Shown here in pieces: positions 53,134 through 63,930 of a DNA stretch of 63,930 nucleotides. This DNA comes from Octopus bimaculoides. Lineage: Eukaryota. Positions within the stretch are counted from its first letter, which is position 1; each line of letters opens with the position of its first letter. The translations under genes were made by a program, and so were the position numbers. The stretch lies in NCBI RefSeq assembly GCF_001194135.2, contig NC_068988.1, forward strand, positions 17,513,359 through 17,577,288. Reading direction: 5' to 3'. The notes under the pieces are model-generated. The model was given only the letters and a program-made list of their open reading frames with translations. It ran no database searches and was not told the DNA's origin.

Positions 53134-53172
53134 ACTAACGTTTCTTTTTTTTTTCTTCTTTTTCAGGTAAGT
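53134..53172 (+). other. Candidate recursive splice site (ratchet point, zero-length exon)
   Basis: Branch point ACTAAC (53134-53139), 24-nt pure pyrimidine tract (53141-53164), AG (53165-53166) immediately followed by GTAAGT (53167-53172). Confidence 0.6.
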
Positions 53173-53419
53173 TCCTGTGATTCGAAATGGCTATACACTC
53201 GTTCCCCATTTTTTTTTCACCTTTCCATTAAACACTGAAAATCTGTGTTCCTTCCCCACTGCGTTTTATATCTGTTTGTTTCTTTAATGTCAAAAGACCT
53301 CTACTATCCAATCCTCACTCTGGTTCATCCGAGTGTATTATGCCAATCTGTTATCCAGTCATTTATTCACCCGGCTTAGAGGTGAGCTTAAATAACGTTT
53401 TCTTGTTCATAACATTCTT

Positions 53420-53590
53420 TGCTATTACTCCTTCTTCTTCTTCTTCTTCTTCTTCTTATTATTATTATTATTATCATTATTCATCTTCCCTATCTTCTTT
53501 TTCTTCTTCTCCTCCTCCTCCTTCTTCTCCTGTTCCTCCTCCTCCTTCTTCTTCTCCTGTTCCTCCTCCTCCTTCTTTTTCTTGCTGTTG

Positions 53591-53623
<33 letters not shown>

Positions 53624-53760
53624 CCACCATCACCACCACCACAACCACCACCACAGTTATAATCATCACCTTCATCATCATAATCATCATCATCATAATC
53701 ATCATCAGTAGCAGCTGCAGCAGCATTATAATCTTGCTTCTCTTCTTTTTTTTTTTACTA
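53420..53760. repeat. Compound trinucleotide block (TTC/ATT/CCT/CAT/CAC/GCA)
   Basis: Seen directly. Confidence 0.95.
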
Positions 53761-54097
53761 TAACAACCACTGCTGGTGCTTCTGTCGTTGTCGATATTGA
53801 CGATGGTGGTGATGTTGGTCGTGCTGGTACAACTAGTATTATTCCATAAATTAATTCACTCTGTGAAAGCGTCGGCGTTTATTTGAAGCCTTATAAATCT
53901 CAATAGAAACAAGTATGTCGCTTGAATTAGATTCGATTCCAGAGGAAAAAAAAAAACATTCCAGACAGTTCTCCAATAGTTCAATGATGTTTAAAACATT
54001 CGATTATCTTCTGCATTTTTGTTATATTTTGCGACACTTTTACTTTACTATCATTAATCATTCAGTACAATAACAATAATAGCATTTTCAGTAATAG

Positions 54098-54168
54098 TGG
54101 AGTCGCGTGGCTTTGTGGTTAGTGTATTGCACTTAATATCGTAAGAGTGGTTTCGACTCCTGGACAAG
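54098..54168 (+). mobile_element. Decayed tRNA-derived SINE head (C-like)
   Basis: GGAGTCGCGTGGCTTTGTGGTTAG..GGTTTCGACTCC. Confidence 0.55.
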
Positions 54169-54211
54169 GAAATAAAATTTTTACGTGTGTATATGTACAT
54201 AATTCTACAAT

Positions 54212-54382
54212 AAGCACAAAGTCTCCAATTTTGTGGGTGGGGTTAGTCAATTTCGTTGACATCAGTATTCAATTGAAGTATCGAATTCGAAGTGGTAAGA
54301 AGGAATTTGAAAGTTAAAGACAGACGAGATGCTGCAAAGCACTTTGTCTGGTCTACTAATAATTCTGTTAGCTCGCTGACTT
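54212..54382 (-). mobile_element. Decayed SINE family B
   Basis: GACAGACGAGATGCTGCAAAGCACTT..AATTCTGTTAGCTCGCTGACTTA is the reverse complement of the B head. Confidence 0.6.
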
Positions 54383-54419
54383 AATAACTTAACAACAACA
54401 ACAACAACAACAATTATAA

Positions 54420-56400
54420 TAATAAGGTTTTCTTTATTAAACAAAACCGGTTCACAACACACAAAAAAACATTCGGGATGGTACAAGAGAATGCAATGAC
54501 GGTTTACATAAAATGGAGCTCGTGAAGTGTAGAAAAAATATAATATATTTTAACACTGACAAATTTTACAAAGGAAGGAGACTTTCATGGGCTGCTCGTG
54601 GAAATCCCACTAAAATATAGAGGAACTGACCTGTAGGGCAAACGCTCTCCCCATAACGCCTATATGCGCGTGCTTAGAATATGCCTGTAAACTCGGACCA
54701 TTCTTGTAACATTCACACACCCGTCAACAAAATTTTTGGGAAGCAGCACTTCCTTCTCTTCCATGATTTTCTTTTTCAAGTGAAACTTGAAACACTTGAC
54801 GTGTGCTTGGCCAAAGTGGGAAGTATCAATCTTCTGCTTTTTCAATCTGGTCCATCACACAGCCTCCTTCGCTAAGGCTACCAGACAAGAAAACGTTGCC
54901 TGTCCTTCCCGGCCAAAGAAGGCGGCGGGGCGATCTTCGCAACTGACTCAGCTAATAGCCGGATCTTTTCTGGACGTGATAACAGGTTTTTAACATAAGC
55001 TAACAGGTCAGCAATACTCGGGAACTGGACGAGAGTGCGCAAAGCATTTTCGTCGCCCTGAGCGCATCTTGAAGCAACTCTAGCTGACAGCACTTCCATG
55101 CCTGTAGAGGTTATCCCGAGCCGGCAATGCACCCCATCAAAGCACTGTCAGGCCAGGGATTTCTGTAAGTTATCAATGGGCCCCGTCCCGTAAGCCTACT
55201 CATTCTCATCGACGCCCAAAATCTCCCAGTGAACATCGTCGTACCTGCCCGCCACTAAGCCTCTGTAGAATGTCAGATTGCCAGTCTGACAGGGGATTTT
55301 GAGCGCTTGACGACAATTTAAGTGACAAACACCCTGTCTTGGTCTACGCTTGATCCATGACTGCTGCTCAGCCAAAGAGACGCGCAGTGAAAAAGCTGTC
55401 TGAAAAATGACGACCACACCTACTCACTACAATAAAATGCGAGAGATATAGCCTCAGCGTATATCTGCGCATCAACGGACACGACACGCCAGCCCTAAGC
55501 CCGCGGGTATTGACAGCAAATGGAGCGTCAGACTATTGAAACACGACCCTTCCACATAAAATGAAAGAACATGTGATCCAATTTGGTCAGACGCATCTTG
55601 AGGCAAGGCACGACGGTTAGACGTTCATATGTAATAAAGCCGATGTAAGACCTTGTCACCTCTGCCCGACCTTTTATAGAACGTTTACTCTCGGTCCATT
55701 TCTGGGTTTAATTAGCCACCCTGCACGTCATCTAGTCCCAGCTCCTCTCCAGCTGGAGATTTGGACCAAACCAGACTCTGAGAAATTTAACCGGTTTCTC
55801 CGTCCAGTGTCCTACGACGTTGTTGGACAATATGGACCTGCCTCTATAGGTTCTGAGCTGCAGGCCCACTGACTTATGTTGGTTAATTTTTATTCCTGTT
55901 ATCATTTCGCATTGTTTTAAGCAGTGCCGAGCTCGTCTATTTGCTTGGTGTTCGACACTATGAAGGTGTTGTCGTCAGTGTACGACGACACTGTTCGCAC
56001 GAAATGCCTCTCAACGCTCTAGTTCGCGCGAGAGGCCTCTCAGTGCTACTGATTTCTGCAGTAGTGTCTGTAGAAATAGTACATATAGAAAAGAGGGGAG
56101 TGGAGTCTGTTGACAGACCAAGTGCAAGAAGTTAATTATTCCTTTAGGTAACCGTTCACAGGAACTACTGATCAGATGTTGCTGTACATTGCGGTAATCC
56201 AACCATAGAAAACGGGACCGAACCCCGCCATAATGAGAACGGCCACCAAATATTGGTGTTTGTCCCTATCAAAGACTTTAGACTGATCCAGTGCTTGATC
56301 AGGGCCTCACCCATGACAGCTTCTTTACCCAACTTGTCTATGATATATCGTATGAGGTGGGGGTTGTGTAACGCTGAATCTATAAGACAAGCAAATACTT
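54420..56400 (-). mobile_element. 5'-truncated Tx1/L1-clade LINE ORF2 remnant (RT, thumb, CCHC zinc finger, 3' UTR)
   Basis: LDQSK.FDR..HQYL, RQG.PLS.FLY.L..LL.K, YTDD (55971-55982, from YADD), VWFGP.L..ERSW, LWKG.V, DNLQKSLAW..LP.RD.L, CCHC-like region, AATAAA near 54435; many stops and frameshifts. Confidence 0.88.
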
Positions 56401-58422
56401 ATACACTTAAGAATCTAATTCAACGAGTAGAGTCCATGTGTTTAATCGGACGGTCACGCGTAGGAGTCAGTGAAGGCATCCACTATATGTCTCAGTGACT
56501 GTTTGTTGTTGTTGCTAAGTAAGTGTTGACAAGTAAAATACAAAGTATGTGCCCAACAGGCAGTCAGATTGAACCCGAAACCATGTGTTTGTTTACCGCG
56601 TTTCATAAACACATAGCTACGCTTGCATTTCAGAAAATACAAAAGGCTATAAATTTTAATCCTTTTCAAATTTCACCCGTACTGAAGGATAGGAATCTTC
56701 AACCATATAATTTACTGGGTTAAAAAAATGTACATGCTATACAGTGGCGAATGAGATATAACACATAAGAATTTTGTTACTGAATGACTTAACATTAAAG
56801 AATAGTGTAACTGCAGCTGTAGTATCTTAGAGATTAAAGATGGGGAGCATTAATGTTAATAAACACTGATTATTGTAAAGAACGTAGAAGCTTGATATGG
56901 AAAGATATCGAAAAATGCCTATTACTAGAAAACATAGGAAAACGGCTGCTAACATATTTGATTTTGTGAACCGAGCCACCAGTTCATAATTAATTAAAAT
57001 CACACCTTTAATGACAAGAATAAATTAGTCTCAAAGTGACTAATTATTCTGGTCAAAACAGAGTTGAGAAGGCAATCCCGAAAATTTAGATAATTAAAGT
57101 CGATTAAATATGGAATGAAATACGGAACGAATCCAAATTCGTCACTGTTTCTCCAAAGAGAGATACTAACCTCCTCATAGCATTCCGCATTTAATTAATC
57201 TTAGTTAATTAAAATTTCTTGTCATGAAATATGATAGCGTTAAATTTACTAGTAAGTTCTTATACAGCAGCCATCCATGAGAATTTTACCCTCTCACAGG
57301 GGTACACGTTGGCGTGGTGGGTTTAGGGACTGTGACTCTGTTGCCATGCAGTATTTGTAAAAAATACGTATCAATATACATATCGATAGACACACACACC
57401 TACCTACCTGCATGCATACATATATACGTGTATGTATGTGAGTGGGTGGGTGATGCATATACATACATTGTTGCCTGCCTTACTAGATTACCTGCCTTGC
57501 TAGTTAACAGGAAGTGAACGAGGTTACCTGTCTCGTACTATGCTAACTTCCTGTATATATATTTGGTTATTCATACCAACGTTATTACTTTGTGCCAAAC
57601 AGTCGTTGACAACCGTTTATCTCGCCACCTTCGGAAAATATAGGGTAAGTTATCACCCTTCATTATCTTATCCCAATACATAACAGCATATATGTATGAT
57701 TGTATTATCATGTACATATACGTATATTTATACTTACAAACAAACACATAATCACCTTCTTTATGCCATTTGTTATTTCTTGTATCTATGCCGCTTATTT
57801 CACAGATATCTCGTTACGCACATAATTTAATGCCCGCGCGGACACACACTCACATACTTATAAACATATTCAATTTTTTTTTTATGTAATGCATGAAATT
57901 GTTTTCGTTTTCTCTCTTCTGATATCTAACTACTACCTTCCTCCCTGCTTTCATAATTAAGTCCTTTATCTTTCTCAATATATTTTTTTTTAATATTTAA
58001 TCTGCATAAATTATAGTCACACATTAGTATGTATACATGCATTGTACATTTAAACATGCATAAACTGCATTAGGCTTGTATAAACTGGCATGAATTATGA
58101 AGCCCGTATCGCACTTTCACCTTCCATGGACAGCTATGGAATTCCACAGAAAGAGGAAATTGCTATAGGGTAAAAAGTCTGAAATTATTTCTTAAATTTA
58201 TACCTAGATTTACTGTTATTATTCATATGAGAGTGACATGATATTGTATCGCTAGGAAATCGTTCGTACATTTATAAGAATAAAGGTACTATTATCTATT
58301 GCGATAAACATTATCTATCTTTAAGTATGCGGGAGCTCTTCTGACGTTGACAGTAGATGAGGTTTTGCCAATTTCTTACTGATGAACCTGCTCCCGTGAA
58401 GTTTTACCTATAAATATACATG

Positions 58423-58456
<34 letters not shown>

Positions 58457-58674
58457 NNNNNNNNNNNNNNNNNNNNNNNNNNNNNNNNNNNNNNNNNNNN
58501 NNNNNNNNNNNNNNNNNNNNNNNNNNNNNNNNNNNNNNNNNNNNNNNNNNNNNNNNNNNNNNNNNNNNNNNNNNNNNNNNNNNNNNNNNNNNNNNNNNNN
58601 NNNNNNNNNNNNNNNNNNNNNNNNNNNNNNNNNNNNNNNNNNNNNNNNNNNNNNNNNNNNNNNNNNNNNNNNNN

Positions 58675-58714
<40 letters not shown>

Positions 58715-58789
58715 ATAAAATGCTTGGGCTGCCCATTAGTTCATTAAATCAATATTACTTGTAAACATACACGGTGGATCAACGGTCAC

Positions 58790-58900
58790 ATGTCGGAGTG
58801 ATCGCATAGCAAAGGAACATGAAATGTTATGTTCAAGAACATAGCACGCCGCTCTGTCCAGGAATCGAAGTTATAATCTCACGACTGTGAGTGCAGTATC
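58790..58900 (-). mobile_element. Decayed tRNA-derived SINE fragment
   Basis: TGTTCAAGAACATAGCACGCCG..CCAGGAATCGAA..ATCTCACGACTGTGAGTGC is a reversed B-box region. Confidence 0.5.
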
Positions 58901-59171
58901 CCCAAAATTATGAAAAGCTTCCTCACTAACTAATGTATGTATTCATATATGTATGTACACACACACACGTTTTTATAAGTCTCACTTATGGCCAACTTAA
59001 TGTCATTGTCCTTTAAGGGGCTACCACCGTGCCCTTTAACTCCAAGAAGACATCTGCTGCAGGTGGCATATTCCGTGCGCTTCTCGCAACTGATATTTAT
59101 TGCGAAGGAGAGACAACTCCTGCTACCCTGTTTTCAAGATCACAAAACCAAGTGGTACACACACACACACA

Positions 59172-59215
<44 letters not shown>

Positions 59216-59230
59216 CGTGGCTATATGGAG

Positions 59231-59594
59231 GCGCAGGCGTGGCTGTGTGGTGGAAAGCTTACTTCCCAACCACATGGCATCTTGGGGGAGTGTCTTCTGC
59301 TATAGGCTCGGGCCGACCAAAGTCTTGTGAGTGGATTTGGTAGAGGAGCCTGAAAGAAGCCCGTCGTATATATGTGTATGTGTGTGTTCGTGCGTGTGTG
59401 TATTTGTTATTTGTGTCTGCGTTTGTCCTTCCACCACCGCTTGACAAGCGATATTGGTGTGTTTTCGTCCTCGTAATCTAGCGGTTAGACAATACGATGG
59501 ATAGATTAAGCTCTGGGGTCAATTAGTCCAACTAAAGGTGGTGCTGCAGCATGGCCATAGTCAAACCACAGAAGCAAGTTCGAGAATAAAAGAA
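59231..59594 (+). mobile_element. SINE family A, near full length with small deletions
   Basis: GGCGTGGCTGTGTGG..GGCCGACCAAAGTCTTGTGAGTGGATTTGGTAG..GGTGCTGCAGCATGGCC..GAGAATAAAAGAAT. Confidence 0.88.
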
Positions 59595-60364
59595 TATATA
59601 TATATATATATAATTATAAGAAGGTCAGTAATGAGTAGGGCCACATGCTAGAAATAGACGCAAAATTGCTCTAAAATCTAAATGATTTACTGGGAACTAG
59701 AGGACAAATGGCGCTAAGAACTACATTATTTACTGGTAGATAATGTAGTTCTGATAGTCATTTGGCATTACTCATTAGTGGCGCTACTCATTAGTGCCCT
59801 TACTATAATTATATTTATATAATTATATATTTCGTATTAATTGTTACCTATATGGTTTATTGTTTGCTGGTTACTTGATAAAATCTTATAGAGAGTTTAT
59901 CCTTGATCATAAATATGTATATATATATGTATTACATATATATAAATTAGAAATGAAAATAAAATAGATTGAATAATTGAATCAATATATAATAGATTCA
60001 ATCCAGTTTTTATTATTTCTGTATAAACAAATGAATAATTAAGTTACAGCTGTTTCTACTTCATTAACTAGGCTTTGTTTAAGATTGCAAATTACCATTT
60101 AAAAAAAATATAATCATGGTTCGTCAGAGAGACATATTCTTGAAATATATTAGGAAAATAGCAAGTGAACATTTTTCTATAAGTATAACGCATTTAAAAC
60201 GCTATATTAAGAGTGAGCTTAATAATAATAATAATAATATAGAGATCTATATTATATACATATATAAGATATATATGTAATATACGTATATATAAATATA
60301 ATATATATATATATATATATAATACAATATATATATGTATACATATATGTGTGTGTGTGTGTGC

Positions 60365-60411
<47 letters not shown>

Positions 60412-61945
60412 TGTATATTTATACCTAAATGTCAAACGATGAAATTTGTAAATTTCCGAGAAATCCCGTGAACGAAGCAAGACTTTTCCAGAATGGAGGC
60501 GAAAACCTTTCTCCGTGTGATCGGTTTGAAAACTTGCTAAGACACTAAGATATTTTCCTCTTTTTCTTGACATGAAACCTATGGTAATTCACAAATTAAG
60601 AAAATGTATATGGTTATATACATATGAAATTAACGGACTCTCGCATCATTAGACGACATATGAGGGTTGGACAATTTCTTACCGAACAACCACGCACAAG
60701 ATTTGTTTATAGTGATCAAATGTTTGTGTAGACATAAGTTCACTCCCCCCAACACATCGACATTATTTGTACACGTGCAAGTGGGTGCCAGATGAGTCCA
60801 CGATGCTAATTTACATATATTAACCAGAAAAATCCGCCATGTACTGATTTCACAATAAGTGAACCGCAATATGGCGAGGAATATAAAACAATATTCTAGT
60901 GTCGTAATTGTTTTTCAAGCCGATCATATGGAGAAGGTATTCGCCTCAATTTTGGAAAACCGTGTCGCTTCGTTCACTGGATTTCTTGTAAATTCGCAAA
61001 TTTATATGTGTGTGTGTGTGCGTGTTCTGATATAAATGGAGACGAGCACCAACATTTTCATGTAGTACACGTGAACAAGATCTCTTCATATGAGACCACT
61101 GATTTGTAATCAGTGTGGGTGAGTGTGTGCGCGCGCACGTACATGTGTGTGTACATGTGAGTAATTCCGCGTGCAAATTGCAGCGTATTCATTACAATTC
61201 ATATTATCGAAAAACTTCCTTACAACTATTTGAAAGCGCAAATATAAAGATATGCAGAATCTAACAAACAAAAGCAAAGCAAGAATACATCTTCGTAGAG
61301 AGATAATATATTAATTAGATATATCTTGGTTTGATGAAACTGTAAGCTTCTCAAATGACATTTCCGTGAAGAAAATATCGCTTAGACGACGTTATTTAAA
61401 TTTTCTAGTTGTGAAATATCATGCGATATTCACTAAACCTTTAGATCAAAGGCATTTATTGTATATATGTGCTGACAAATCAGGTTTCAGGAATGAGATT
61501 GCTTTTATTTCCTGTAAAATTCCAAAGATGTATGTTACCTAACCGAATTGTTCTTTGGAAGAACGCCTGTCATGATTACAAGAAATGCGTGTTCGAGTCG
61601 TACCTGCAACATCCGACTTTCTCCATCCGATATTCCAAATCAATAATTCATTCCAGTTATTTTTCAAGTTTATAAACTCTTCTGACGTCAAAAGTATGCA
61701 ATTCTGGCCGGAAAGAAAAAGTTTCTAAAATTGGAAGAGAATGTCGAAGTACTTCTTTGATCCATCGGTGGAACGGCTCTAATGTTTAGAAATGTGGGTT
61801 CGAAGCATGCGAGGAGGTTTTTAGTATTCTATCCAAAAGGCTTTTTAAACCAGATATTTACACGCTTTTATTTATAGCTCTACGTCCCCGCAATTTTCTT
61901 AACATTATTATTATCAGTATCATCATTATTATCATTATTATCAAT

Positions 61946-63315
61946 AAGGCGGTGAGCTGGTAGAAACGTTAGCACGCCGGGCGAAATGCTTACCGATTAT
62001 TTCGTCTGCCACTACGTTCCGAATTCAAATTCCACCGAGGTCGAATTTGCCTTTCCTCCTTTCGGGGTCGATAAATTAAGTTCGAGTTGCACACTGGGGT
62101 CGATCTAAGCGACTGACCTCCTCCTCCCAAATTTCAGGCCTTGTGCCTATAGTAGTAAATATTATCATAATTATTAATAATAATAATAATAATAAGATGG
62201 GGAGATGGCAGAATCGTTAGCACGAAGGGTTAAATACACAACGGCATTTCTTCTGTCTCCACCACGATCTGTGTTCAAATTCCACCGAGTAGACGTTGCC
62301 TTTCATCGTTTCGGAGTCGGTAAAATAAGTACAAGTTGAGCACTGGGGGTCGATGTAATCGACTATTCCCCTCCTTTAAATTTCCGGCCTTGTGCCTATA
62401 CTAGAAAGGATTATTATTAAGGCGGTGAGCAGGCATAATCGTTAGTAATCCGTGTTAAATGCGTAGCCGTATTTCATCTGTCGCCACCACTTTCTGAGTT
62501 CAAATTCTGTTGAGGTTGATTTTGCCTTTCATTCTTTCGGGGTTGATAAAATAAGTACCAGGTGAAGACTGGGATTGTTGTAACCGATTCATCTCCTCCC
62601 TCCAAATTGGTGCCCTTGTGGAAAAAATTGAAACCATTATTACTAATGCAACGAGCTAGCAGAATAATTCACGCATCAGGATTTCTGCCGACTTATTAGG
62701 TTCTGAGTTCAAATTCCGCCGAGGTCAAATTTGCCTATCATTCTCTCGAGATCGATGAAATAATTATCAACTGAGACCTGGGATGTTACCCCAACCTCAA
62801 AACTGCGGGCTTAGTACCAACATTTGAAATTATTTTTATAATTATTATTAATGCAGTTAGCAAACAGAACCATTAGGCATTGGAAACAAAAAGTCTAACC
62901 ATATTTTTTCCGACTCACTAGGTTTCGAGTTCAAATCCCACCGATGTCGATTTTGCATCTCATCATTTCGGGTTCGATATAATAATCACCAGTCAAACAT
63001 TGCGGCTGTTGTACGCGTTTTCTCCGTCCCCTGAATACTATTGGACTTTTCCCAAACATAGAAAGGATTATTATTACTGTTGTTGTTGCTAGTAGCAGTA
63101 TTTTTGTGCAGGTATAATCGTTAAATCGTTGGATAAAAAAATGTCTTGCAGTATTTCATGTCTTTACGGTCCAAGTTTCAAAATCTGCCGAAATCAAACT
63201 TTGACTTTCATCCCTTCGGTGTCGATAATATATAGTACCAGTCAAATACTTGGGAAGATGGTATCGATAAATCTCCCCTTTCAAAACTGCTGGCCTTGTA
63301 CTTGAATCAGGAAAT
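61946..63315 (+). mobile_element. Head-to-tail stack of six SINE family B copies (starts ~61946, 62194, 62419, 62645, 62850, 63105)
   Basis: Each unit has the B box (GAGTTCAAATTCC variants), the TTGCCTTTCATCC..GTCGATAA core and a tail; units are separated by short (ATT)n/(AAT)n. Confidence 0.88.
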
Positions 63316-63642
63316 ATCAGTGTTTTGTATGATATTATTTGTGCGCAACATCATATACACACGAAGAAATACATTTCCACTGAAACCTCATCGCATGTAA
63401 TATATGCGTATTGCGTATGATTTTGTGATCAGTTTCTAATTATCTATAGGATTTTAGTATGTCGCTTTCTAATAAACGTCGAGGCAGAATTATGCTTTGA
63501 ATAATTCATATGGCAACAGGGTTGATATCTAGGCATTTTATGCATTTTAATTCTTCCACTTTGCACTAAGTGTAAACTATATGATGCCTACATATTCGAG
63601 TAATTTGATTTTACATACAAGTGTACGGATATCTGTACATAC

Positions 63643-63694
<52 letters not shown>

Positions 63695-63710
63695 ATATAT
63701 ATATATATAT

Positions 63711-63728
63711 GTATATGTATGAAGGTGT

Positions 63729-63760
<32 letters not shown>

Positions 63761-63930
63761 GTATGAAGGTGTATATGTGTATATATATATATATGTATAT
63801 GTATGAAGGTGTATATATGTATATATATATATATGTATATGTATGAAGGTGTATATATGTATATATATATATATATATGTATATGTATGAAGGTGTATAT
63901 ATGTATATATATATATATATATGTATATGT
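63711..63930. repeat. Minisatellite GTATATGTATGAAGGTGTATAT(G/A)TG(TA)n, about 5 units, running off the window
   Basis: Seen directly. Confidence 0.9.

Larger units (their letters stand above)
3114..58674. other. Assembly gaps (N runs): 3114-3642, 4610-4948, 9349-9955, 23066-23234, 24650-25019, 25812-26471, 27710-27862, 35312-35321, 39147-39306, 45654-45663, 49458-50081, 58457-58674
   Basis: Seen directly; most gaps abut (TA)n or (TG)n microsatellites. Confidence 0.98.

Noticed and set aside
2973-58764. Long ORFs containing X runs or YI/CV/HT/MYVC repeats
   Set aside because: Open only because of N gaps or di/tetranucleotide microsatellites; no coding signal.
61946-63315. CRISPR-like array
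   Set aside because: Eukaryotic context; units are ~200-bp SINEs with Pol III boxes, not short repeats with unique spacers; no cas genes.

Overview
AT-rich animal genomic DNA with 12 assembly gaps, most flanked by (TA)n/(TG)n/(CATA)n microsatellites. The repeat content resembles a coleoid cephalopod (Octopus-like) draft genome; this is inferred from pattern recognition, not a database match. No host protein-coding exon can be called with confidence. Nearly all listed ORFs are artefacts of microsatellites or N-runs, or are transposon debris. Recognisable content: (1) many tRNA-derived SINE copies, here labelled families A, B, C and a shared 3'-tail family E; (2) decayed elements: RLE-type non-LTR 3' ends, a Penelope-like element (RT plus GIY-YIG), a ~2 kb Tx1/L1-like LINE, three Tc1/mariner remnants, an internally deleted Helitron and two MITE-like elements; (3) simple and minisatellite repeats. 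Best leads: a textbook zero-length-exon (recursive splicing/ratchet point) motif ACTAAC-(Y)24-AG|GTAAGT at 53134-53172 (+), suggesting the window lies in a giant + strand intron; a head-to-tail stack of six SINE-B copies with an apparent age gradient (61946-63315); a twin-priming-type 5' inversion and a tRNA-like/half-hammerhead 3' end in the Penelope element; and a CpG-rich unique island with a candidate exon at 36.3-37.0 kb. Repeat boundaries are approximate (about +/-10-30 bp) and family names need confirmation.
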